A stretch of 55,350 nt of DNA, taken from positions 14,391,583-14,446,932 of the forward strand of contig NC_068996.1 of assembly GCF_001194135.2 (NCBI RefSeq), in the 5' to 3' direction. How positions within the stretch are numbered: the first letter of the stretch is position 1; the number at the start of each line of letters is the position of its first letter. Below are positions 13,215 to 23,599 of this stretch, one piece after another. The notes below the pieces were generated by a model. It had not been told where the DNA came from, ran no database searches, and saw nothing but the letters and a program-made list of their open reading frames with translations. A program made the translations under genes and the position numbers. This stretch comes from Octopus bimaculoides. Taxonomy: Eukaryota.

Positions 13215-13430
13215 TTTCAATTCCTGTACCGGGCGGTGTGTTGTATTCTTAGGTAAAACACTTCATCTCATGTTGCTTTGCGACCACTTCGACACCTGAC
13301 ATGTTGTACACAGTGTACCTCTTGATGGAGAGAGAGAGAGAGAGAGAGAGAGTGAGCTAATATGTAGCATGAATCATTTGTGCAGGTCGTTCACCAAAAG
13401 CTGAACGTTCATACATCGTTTTCGTCGGGA
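13215..13430 (+). mobile_element. Degenerate family B-like SINE
   Basis: caattcctgtaccgggcggtgtgttgtattcttaggtaaaacacttcatctcatgttgct resembles the head and body of the SINEs at 14580 and 50118. Confidence 0.5.
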
Positions 13431-13757
13431 AAGTACATCATGTATATTTTATAATGTTTAGACTGGAAATTTACTGAAATAGTGAGGGATTATATATGCA
13501 TGACGCTTTATTTACTAGTTATAGGTACAGTGAGGTTAACATCGAACAGTATACTAAAAGCTCTTTAAGATGTTTTTCTGGACTTTCTGTATGTTATTGA
13601 GACTTCAATACAAGGCTGCACGTCTCTTGATATATCTACATATAGACAAATAGAAAGGTCAACCTTTCTATTTGTCTAGCTTGCTAATTAACTAATATAT
13701 CTACATTCCCTTCTATGCTTGTCTACTCTTATAATATCAATAGAAATTTAAACCAAA

Positions 13758-13793
<36 letters not shown>

Positions 13794-14169
13794 GGTAACT
13801 CAGCATGGCCAGAGCCTTTTGTCTAGAACATGTAAACGATAACAAAGTAACATCCACATCTATTTGCTTTGGTTATTTCTCTTTAATTCAACAATCTATC
13901 AGGATATCTTTTAATTTATAGACATTCGTGATACTGTTTCATTATGCTAAACATTTCGACTGTGCCTGTGATTTGAACATGCGAATTCAGAATAATATAG
14001 ACCTTCCCTCCAGTCTCTCACTTTTTCTCTCACTCTCCCCACCCCCTTTGTCTCCCCTTCTCCTCCTCCTCGTCTCTCTCTCTCTCCCTCTCTCTCTCTG
14101 TACAGTAATCCCTCAACTATCGTAGGTGTTACGTTCCAAAACTCGGAAACTGGAAGACTCGCGACGGCT

Positions 14170-14540
14170 TATGTTACACTCGAATAACTTTAACTTGGAC
14201 AGAAACTTGGAGAGGGCTGGTTTTACCTTGATGAAGTTTAAGCTTATTTCCTAGCAGTTGCAAATTAATTCCACTGAGCTTTGTGAGTCCTGCTTCATGT
14301 TTCTTAGTTTTATCACGAAGAACATAATTAGAGTCTTGCAAAAATTCAACAGTTTTAAAAAGGGAATCGAAACTTTCAGGCTGTTTCCCATTACTATCCA
14401 TCGAACTATGCAACAACAATATTTCGAAATTTTTATTATTCTCAACGCAGAGCTGTTGAAGCAGTGGTGAATTGTAAGCATGTGCCTTGATTTTATTAAC
14501 TGCTGTGGTAACAATGCTCAACGATTTAAGTCACGCGCTA
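14170..14540 (-). mobile_element. hAT (Buster/SCAND3-like) transposase fragment
   Basis: ORF 14174-14521 (AVNKIKAHAYNSPLLQQLCVENNKNFEILLLH) resembles the Buster/ZBED motif AHxLNSRLFxxLC...LLLHTEVRW. Homologous to 39230-40544. Confidence 0.75.
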
Positions 14541-14579
14541 ATGATCTCTGCCAGATCGCGCCTTGTATACTCTAGTGAA

Positions 14580-14875
14580 GGCGCGTGGCTCAGTGGTTAG
14601 GACATTCGGCTCACGTTCGTAAGGTCGTGAGTTCAATTCCCGGCGACGCGTTGTGTCCTTGAGCAAGACACTTTATTTCTCGTTGCTCCAGTCCACTCAG
14701 CTGGCAAAAATGAGTAGTAGCTGTATTTCAAAGGGCCGGCCTTGTCACTCTCTGTATCACTCTGAATCTCCCTGAGAACTACGTTAGGGGTACACGTGTC
14801 TGTGGATTGCTCAGTCACTTGCACGTTAATTTCACGAGCAGGCTGTTCCGTTGATCGTATCAAGTGGGACCCTCG

Positions 14876-14877
<2 letters not shown>
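14580..14877 (+). mobile_element. tRNA-derived SINE, family B
   Basis: A-box tggctcagtggttagg, B-box gagttcaattcc, then ttgtgtccttgagcaagacacttt. Ends at (CA)n. Confidence 0.85.
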
Positions 14878-14909
<32 letters not shown>

Positions 14910-15299
14910 TCATTATCTGAATATCGTAAACAGAATAACCAGCACAACTATCATCCCTTGCATTTATATCGTAAAACAAATTCTTTATTCGTGATTTCGC
15001 TTGTATCACTGTTTATTTCAACGTTTATAAACGAGATTCGACAGCTTTTCTGAAATGTAGAAATACAACAAAGAGACATTATATCTGCATATATATATAT
15101 ATTTGTAGAGCACTGCGCAAGGACTGTAGACGAACTGTAAACAGGAACTTCACTGCGGGCTAGCTAGTGAACTGGTCGGCAGAAAAAAAAGGAACTTCCA
15201 GCTGGGTGAGAATGGAGACTGAATTAAGCAAAAATAAATAATACACCGACATGCTCATGTTACAGGTTGTATTTGTTTATAGCTTAATTAAGCTCTAAG

Positions 15300-15312
15300 T
15301 GGTGACCCCGAC
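15300..15312 (+). promoter_or_regulatory. Primer-binding site complementary to tRNA-Trp 3' end
   Basis: tggtgaccccgac directly follows the putative LTR and matches the first 13 nt of the complement of eukaryotic tRNA-Trp (TGGTGACCCCGACGTGAT, from memory). Confidence 0.75.
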
Positions 15313-15617
15313 CCACACACCGAAGTATGAAACGTAAACATGGCCAGCGATCACAGCGCAGCACTGAAACTGAAGCTCCCACAATTCTGGCCGAAGCAGG
15401 CCAAGGTGTTCTTCGCGCATGCGGTAGCAGAGTTTAAGATCATGAAGAGATCACCTCGGACCTAACAAAGTACTCCAATGTAGCAGCAGCACTGGATGGG
15501 GACTCAGCAACAAGGATGCTAGACATCGTAAACCAAACCCCAGCAATTCACAAATGCACCACTTTAAAAGACAGACTCGTGGAAACATTCCGGCTGAGCG
15601 ACCAGGAGGAGTTAGGC

Positions 15618-15785
15618 GATTCCAAGCCTTCGGAGCTCATGGATTCCAAGCCTTCGGAGCTCATGGATCCCAAGCCTTCTGAGCTCATGGATTCCAAGCG
15701 TTCGGAGCTCATGGATTCCAAGCCTTCGGAGCTCATGGATTCCAAGCCTTCCGATCTCATGGATTCCAAGCCTTCGGAGCTCATG
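15618..15785 (+). repeat. 24-bp x7 in-frame tandem repeat inside gag
   Basis: gattccaagccttcggagctcatg x7, encoding DSKPSELM-type repeats. Confidence 0.97.
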
Positions 15786-17826
15786 CTGGCATTAGTGCCA
15801 CCCAGTGAGTCACTTCTATTTTTGTCTGGGGAGATATTCCTCCGCAAATTACCACCCCAGGTTCAGGCCCTCGTAACTCAGACCAACATCAAGGACCTAC
15901 GGCAGTTAGCGAAAGCGGCTGNNNNNNNNNNNNNNNNNNNNNNNNNNNNNNNNNNNNNNNNNNNNNNNNNNNNNNNNNNNNNNNNNNNNNNNNNNNNNNN
16001 NNNNNNNNNNNNNNNNNNNNNNNNNNNNNNNNNNNNNNNNNNNNNNNNNNNNNNNNNNNNNNNNNNNNNNNNNNNNNNNNNNNNNNNNNNNNNNNNNNNN
16101 NNNNNNNNNNNNNNNNNNNNNNNNNNNNNNNNNNNNNNNNNNNNNNNNNNNNNNNNNNNNNNNNNNNNNNNNNNNNNNNNNNNNNNNNNNNNNNNNNNNN
16201 NNNNNNNNNNNNNNNNNNNNNNNNNNNNNNNNNNNNNNNNNNNNNNNNNNNNNNNNNNNNNNNNNNNNNNNNNNNNNNNNNNNNNNNNNNNNNNNNNNNN
16301 NNNNNNNNNNNNNNNNNNNNNNNNNNNNNNNNNNNNNNNNNNNNNNNNNNNNNNNNNNNNNNNNNNNNNGGGCATTCACCGTTGCTGGTATCCATCAGCC
16401 CATTATCAGAATGGACTTTCTTCGGGCACACTCGCTGCTGTCCCACGAAAAGCAGTCGTTTCTCGAATCTCCATATGAGTCACCCGAATCAATCTCACTA
16501 CCCACTACCGCCCCCCCCCCTCGTGCACAGTCGCCCGCGTTGGCTATCACCATACAAACTTGTTGTTACAAAGGCCGAGTTTGACAATATGGAAGATTTG
16601 GACATCGTTCGCCGATCAAACAGTCTCTGGTCGTCACCCCTACAAGTAACACCAAAACCCTGCCGGTTAGGCAGAAAAGGAGACTGAGACGTTGGATGGT
16701 CAATCGTATTCACCATCACAGTGTGTAATTGAATGATGCAAAAATAAGTAATGCACCAACACACTCTATATACTGTTTGCTTTTATGTGTAGCTTAACTA
16801 CGCTATATACCACTAATAATGAGACAACTCCAGTTGCTCGACAAAAAATATTGTTTATTATATGTCATCCAATCAGTGGACACGATTCTATCATGTGTTG
16901 TTTTTTCCACACACCTCACCACACCGTTTATTATTTAAGCTAATGTCGATTCGTCCGACGGAACATTTTATGGACTCAACCAGATGACGTTAGATATACA
17001 TCGCCTAGTTGTTTTGGATTTACTATTTTCGCCTTAGTACACTTACTATGATACAAACGGCTAATTTTGCACCATGGACAATTGAAGTTACAGCTTGCCA
17101 TTTTGCTCATCGGTTTGGAACTGTTGCAATGTTTCCTTCGTTCGTTTATATAGTTATTATCTGAGCACAATATCGTTATTCGTTTTACGCTATAACATTA
17201 TTCGGCGACGAGTGAAAATGAAAATTAATGCAGATCTCCATTAACTTGTTGCGCGTGCAACATGAGTCCTTAGAAATGCAAAAACCATGTGACAGGCAAG
17301 CAACTGGATATTTTAACAGCTTTAGCTTCGAAGCTTATGCTGTCAAATCCAACTACTTCAAACTTCAAAAGTTTTTGACAAACTTCCTACCTTTGAAAAT
17401 GACGAACAAAGCGAACTATTTTTGCATCCTGGTATAACCGTTATCAAGATCTTTTTGTCACTGAAGCAGCAGAAATAGATTATTCAAGTAAGACGAGACT
17501 ATTATTTTATTGACTTCGTGTTACTCAAATATCCTAATGAATTTGACTTTAAGATTACAGTGGACCAACTTACAAATCTGTTTGGTGAGACATCGTCATT
17601 GTTTAACAGCAGATATAAATGTTTGAAATAAGAAAAACGCCCTGAAGATTTTACTGCATATGCTGGGCGTATATACAAAGAATGCGAAACATTTAAAAGC
17701 CAGATAATGACTGATAACCAACTTAAGAATCTAATTTTCGTATCTGGTCTGACATCACCAAGCTATGATGATATAAGAACTCATGTCCTGACCAAATGGG
17801 AAACATCCGACGACATTACCTTACAA

Positions 17827-18314
17827 CAGGGGTGGGGAAACATTTTAGTGCGGCGGATGAAAATTTCCAAAGAAAAAGTTTCGCAGGCGGATCATAAGTT
17901 CTAACTCTGTGTAAATCTTGTATATATATCTATGTATAATTCTATATATATATATTAATAAACACATTAAATTAATGTGTAATATTTTCATTTACGCTGC
18001 CACTGAATTTAAGACATTTATATTACTTATGAAGTATTCTGTATTTTTCAGCTAGAGTGTAGTTGGGTCTCAAGGGGGAGGTACAAATTTAGCAATCTGT
18101 TTTATAGTGAAAACAAAATTTCCATTCAAATAGCAATTACCGGACGATTTTCTCTTCGAGTCTGTCTTAGGTCGCGTTTCCACTACGACTTATGTCGCAA
18201 ATAGGCATACGAACATTGTATAAATTTTATAATTGAAAAATTTATATTTTGTACATACGAATATAAAAGCTTGCGGACGCAATAAAATGGGGTCGCGGTA
18301 TTTCCCCACCCCTG
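17827..18314 (-). mobile_element. 488-bp non-autonomous hAT MITE inside Gypsy 2 gag
   Basis: Perfect 14-bp TIRs caggggtggggaaa / tttccccacccctg. 8-bp TSD ccttacaa / cttcacaa (6/8). Gag resumes across it (DITLQ|QLTSECQRL). Confidence 0.9.
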
Positions 18315-19460
18315 CTTCACAACAATTAACCAGTGAATGTCAAAGACTAAATATTAACCATGATACTCAAATGATACTAAAAGGAAATGAAATAGTTTCA
18401 ACCACTAACGCAATTATCTCAAAGAAACGAAAGTGGAATTCACAGACGTCTAAACAGCCTTATATATCTAGAACGCGGCGACGACCTCCAACAGCATGTT
18501 GGAACTGAGACGAGTGGCACAATGCAAATTATCGTCCGTACAAGAACAAAAAATGTCACAATTATGGACATAGAGATGGCTGTTTCTACTGTCTTAGTCA
18601 TTACAGTAATACAGTAAATGTCATTGAATCCGATTCAACCGCAGAGAGTATTATTTCAAATGGAGTCTACGCTACAATTAAGGGCGAAATCACTTCAAAA
18701 AGGAAGTATATTACTGTGCAGATAAATGGATATGATATATGCTTACAACTTAAATACAGCATCTGATATTACCAGTATTTCTGAAGAAACATGGTACAAA
18801 ATCGGTAAACCAACCATTTTATCAAGTGAACAAAAAGCCAAGAATGCTTCCAACCAGCCAAAGGTTATCAAAGGAAAAGATCTCATGTTTTTATTTACAC
18901 AGACTGGACTTCCATTTATTTGGGATTCTGCTTCATTACTGAGAATCCTTACCTCGAACATCCTCGGAATAATTTGGGTTATGAACTATACTACTAAGTA
19001 AGGTAACGCATACCCTTTTAAATAAGACTGACAGTATTGATGTTGAACATGTTACATATACTAACCATATTGGAAATTTTCATCAAAAATTCAAATCAAT
19101 TTTCAGGGTTGGCTTAATATTATGCACAAAATTTATTGCATGTTTGTATCTTAAACCAAATGCCAGGCTTGTTTTCAAGCCGAAGCATCCAGTACCTTAT
19201 GCCACGTTATCGCTTGTTGAAAATGAGCTGAATAGATTATAAAATTTTAATGTAATATGAAAAGTGAATTACTGATCATGAGAATCACTCATTGTCAAAG
19301 TAAAAAAAAAATGCCTCTATACATATGTGCTGATTTCACTACGGGACTTCACGATTCGTTAGATCTACGTCCGAAGACTTATTCGCAAGATTAAATGATG
19401 GGTGGGATATGATTTTCTAAGAGTGACTTAGTTGAAGCATATTTTAAAATAGCTGGAGAT

Positions 19461-22240
19461 GAGATGTGGGGGAAACCCCTGCTCGCGGGCACATTTGCGC
19501 CCGCAGGCTGATATACTCTTACGTACAAAATAAAGTTAATTTCTCAATTTTTACTGTTTTTACAACACTGAATACATACATTACGACTACGAGCCAGTTG
19601 GCTTTTGTTTTCCTCAGGCAGCGGTAATAACAAAAATTCCGAAAGTGATAATATAAATTTAATCGGTTTATAACTTTGTTAAATCAATTTTTCGATACCT
19701 TTATCAATATGGCAAGCGGTTCTAGAAATTCTAAAAAAAAAAATAAAAAAAATGCTGCTGAACGTGCTTTGATGAAAAATAGACTGAGCTTTTTTTTTTT
19801 TAAATAGACAAGTGCATTTGTGTTATTTGCAACGAACTGGTAGCTGTTCATAAAAAATAATATATTGAGGCATTTTGTAAGCATAAGACCTATGAAAATT
19901 TGAAAGAATTTAAACGTTTAGACTAGACAGCCTCCTTGAATGAAAACTTGACCAAAAGACAAACTTTTAAAAGGCCGATTCTTGAAACTGAATCAGTAAC
20001 TCGAGCTAGTTATGCGGTATGGGAAAATATTGCTAAAAAACTCAAACCACATAGTTATGGTGAATTCGTGAAAGAATGTATCCTTACTGCTGTTGAGAAT
20101 ATATACCCAGAAAAACTTAGTTTGGAAATTATAGCTTGTGAAGAACTGTTTCTGTGTGTATTGAAGATATTGCTGATGTCATTCAAAATTATCTAAAACC
20201 CGATTCAGCAGAATTCATATTGTATTCATTAGCTGTTGATGAGACAACTGATCTGTGTAATACTGCTCAAATGGCAATATTTATACATGGAATAACTGCA
20301 AAATTCAAATTTCTTGATTTGAAATCAGTGCATGGAATAACTAGAGGTGAAAATTTACTCCAAACGGTCGACTCAGCCTTAAAGGATTTTGATTTATCGT
20401 ATGAAAAAAATGAGTTGTCTCGGCGCTCCATCTATGGTTGGTCGTGAAAAGGGGTTCGTACCTCTAATTATGAATGAATTTAAGAAGCGTCTTTTGGATC
20501 TGAAATTTTTGTGACACTGCTTTATTCATATGTAAAGTTTATGTGCAAAATCTCTCGAGACGGGCAATGTAATGAAAGTTGTAGCAAAGATCGTTAATTC
20601 GATAAAAAGCGAAGGGTTCAATAATAGGGAATTTAAAGAATTTTTTAAAGATCTTGAAGTCGAATATGGGGTTTTATTGTATCACTGAAGTTAAGTGGTT
20701 AAGTAAGGCCCAAATGCTTAAGTGATTTTATAAACTGAAGTGAAATTTTTATGGATATTAAAGGTGTTCCTATTATAGAAATGGAAGATAGTTTCAAAGT
20801 GGTTTACAATTGTTAATATGTATGACTAGTCATTTGAATAAATTGAACTTGAAACTACAAGGCTCCAGTCAGATAACTAGTTTGCTTTCTCGTATCAAAA
20901 GCTTTGAATCGATGCTTCATTTCTTTGTCACACAAATGAAAAAAAATGTTTCACACATTTTCCGAAATTGAGCGAACAAAATCCCGAATCAACAAAGAAA
21001 TATTCTGACGAGTGTGAAAGTCTTTTGAGGAAATTTGAAAGATTTGAAGAATACAAGATAAAATCGAACTACCTGTTTTTGAAACACCTTATAATATGTG
21101 TCCTGAGGAGGCTCCGGTTTCCTTACAATTGGAATTAATTTATTTACAGTTGGGTGACTTAATAAAATCAAAATATAATAATTTGTCTTTATTGGACTTC
21201 TACAAATTCATCAATCACGAGAAAATCTCTGCTTTACATAAAAATTTCTGGAAATTCGCATCTCNNNNNNNNNNNNNNNNNNNNNNNNNNNNNNNNNNNN
21301 NNNNNNNNNNNNNNNNNNNNNNNNNNNNNNNNNNNNNNNNNNNNNNNNNNNNNNNNNNNNNNNNNNNNNNNNNNNNNNNNNNNNNNNNNNNNNNNNNNNN
21401 NNNNNNNNNNNNNNNNNNNNNNNNNNNNNNNNNNNNNNNNNNNNNNNNNNNNNNNNNNNNNNNNNNNNNNNNNNNNNNNNNNNNNNNNNNNNNNNNNNNN
21501 NNNNNNNNNNNNNNNNNNNNNNNNNNNNNNNNNNNNNNNNNNNNNNNNNNNNNNNNNNNNNNNNNNNNNNNNNNNNNNNNNNNNNNNNNNNNNNNNNNNN
21601 NNNNNNNNNNNNNNNNNNNNNNNNNNNNNNNNNNNNNNNNNNNNNNNNNNNNNNNNNNNNNNNNNNNNNNNNNNNNNNNNNNNNNNNNNNNNNNNNNNNN
21701 NNNNNNNNNNNNNNNNNNNNNNNNNNNNNNNNNNNNNNNNNNNNNNNNNNNNNNNNNNNNNNNNNNNNNNNNNNNNNNNNNNNNNNNNNNNNNNNNNNNN
21801 NNNNNNNNNNNNNNNNNNNNNNNNNNNNNNNNNNNNNNNNNNNNNNNNNNNNNNNNNNNNNNNNNNNNNNNNNNNNNNNNNNNNNNNNNNNNNNNNNNNN
21901 NNNNNNNNNNNNNNNNNNNNNNNNNNNNNNNNNNNNNNNNNNNNNNNNNNNNNNNNNNNNNNNNNACAAACATGCACACACATAAATATATATATAAACA
22001 TATATACGACGGGCTTCTTTCAGTTTCCGTCTACCAAATCCACTCACAAGGCTTTGGTCGGCCCGAGGCTATAGTAGAAGACACTTGCCCAAGGTGCCAA
22101 GGAGCGGGAATGAACCCAGAACCATGTGGTTGGTAAGCAAGCTACTTACCACACATCCACTCTCAGAACATGTGATCCGCCCGCGAACCTTTTTCTTTAG
22201 AGCTTTTTGCCCGCTGCACTAAAAGGTTTCCCCACCGCTA
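19461..22240 (+). mobile_element. Decayed hAT transposon (GTF2IRD2/SPIN-like) inside Gypsy 2 RT
   Basis: Transposase segments RASYAVWENIAKKLKPHSYGEFVKECIL and YSLAVDETTDLCNTAQMAIFI...GITRGENL. Termini gtgggggaaacc / ggtttccccaccgcta. TSD ctggagat (19453-19460) / ctgttgat (22241-22248), 6/8. Confidence 0.85.
21966..22163 (-). mobile_element. Family A SINE (5' part, next to a gap) inside the hAT element
   Basis: Reverse complement of the family A head and body. Confidence 0.85.
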
Positions 22241-23599
22241 CTGTTGATGATACATCAAGAGCTCCTAACCGTAAATACTCATCGTGGATTGTACCAATGA
22301 CAGATTACTATTTGGATTAAGTCTGCCCCAAGGATATTTCAACGGTTAACGGATATTATGCTTGTGGATATTTCATACACTTTTCCGTACCTCCATGACA
22401 TTATCATTGTATCATCAGCTGAAGTCAAACATAAAGAAAATGCGCACCGGCGTTATTCATCCCCTTTTGACTGGAGTTTTCCCACTAGGTGTTTTTGTCT
22501 TGTACCGGTTGGACTGTTTTTGGCGTTGAAGAACAAGCTTTTCACAGCATTTCTCCTTGCTTCAGCATGTCTACGATGCAAAACTTTTATGCTTACGGCA
22601 CTGCATCGGACACAGCAATTGCTGCCGTTATTTATCTTCCTCAACCGCGTGAAGGACACCTTCAGACATCTTGGCCATTAAGGACTTAATTGAACTCTGC
22701 TTTAGAGACAGGAACTTTCCTTGCCTGCGCATTGTATTGAATTTTTGTTGTCTGTGTGTGTGTGTGTGTTTTTTTTTCTACTTTTCTTTACATATCACTT
22801 TATTTTTCAGAACCTTACTTATGTATGTACATATCTTTGAATATTGTGTATGTCATATGTTAACTTGTTTCAATGTTCATACACACATGCGCCACATTCT
22901 GTGATTTTAGTTGCTTTCTCACTGCTTATTTCCTAGCAGCCAGTATCTTCTGCAAGTGACCTACCGTTCTTGCAGACTGAAAAAACTTTGATTTTTGCAT
23001 CCTGTGATTTCCAGTTTCGCGGACAGTTGTCATCACGTTTGCATGTCAGACGTTCTGTGCCTCAGAACTTTGCTTTAATTTTTGCCTTTTCGTGTATGTT
23101 TTGTGTTGTCAGACCCCTTAGAATATTCTGCAGTTCTGCACCCTGCCTCAGCTTTGCACCAGTTGGCACATCCTGCCCCTGTCTCAACTTTGCACCAGCT
23201 GGCACAACATGCACCCTCCCTCAGCTTTGCACCCTCCCTCAGCCTTGCATCACATATATCTATACAGATTCTGCACATTCCCTTGCATGCCTTACTTTCA
23301 ACTTCTACATGAACTGAATTTATATTGTACATTACTTGCATGCTTTCTTGTCGCATTTTCAATTGCTTTTCGGTACAGTTTCTATATTCCTCATGCTTGT
23401 GTGCTCGAATTCACATGCGCATTAATTCACTAACCTGTTTTCCAATGCTGTGATCTACTATCCAACACCTCTTTTTGCACACTTAGTCTGTGAAGCACAG
23501 ATTTTAGCTCAAGGTTTTTTGCATCAGACCCTGAAAACGGTGTTATCCTTCAGTGCTGCTGCATATATTAGCACTTTCATTTAAGCACTTTAATTTAAA

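Larger units (their letters stand above)
15104..16690 (+). mobile_element. Gypsy LTR retrotransposon 1 (5' LTR, gag, protease end, truncated RT)
   Basis: Short LTR-like tgtagag...ctctaag followed by a PBS. Gag reads LKLPQFWP...ITSDLTKYSNVAAALD...LGDSKPSELM. After the N gap: protease end AGIHQPIIRMDFLRAH and RT start VHSRPRWLSP...KAEFDNMEDLDIVRRSNSLWSSPL. Confidence 0.85.
16788..22690 (+). mobile_element. Gypsy LTR retrotransposon 2 (K02A2.6/Mag-like), decayed and split by two hAT insertions
   Basis: LTR-like end ...ataaca at 17197, then degenerate tRNA-Ser PBS cggcgacgag (17203-17212). Gag FASWYNRYQDLF...LFGETSSLFNSRYKCL...LIFVSGL; knuckle PPTACWN; protease LQLNTASDITSISEETW; RT ICADFTTGL...|...ELLTVNTHRGLY...YLHDIII; RNaseH-like TASDTAIAAVI. 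Confidence 0.85.

Noticed and set aside
14580-14650. tRNA gene (also the heads at 4483, 8086, 30219 and 37030)
   Set aside because: A and B boxes are present, but there is no full cloverleaf and each continues into a SINE body.
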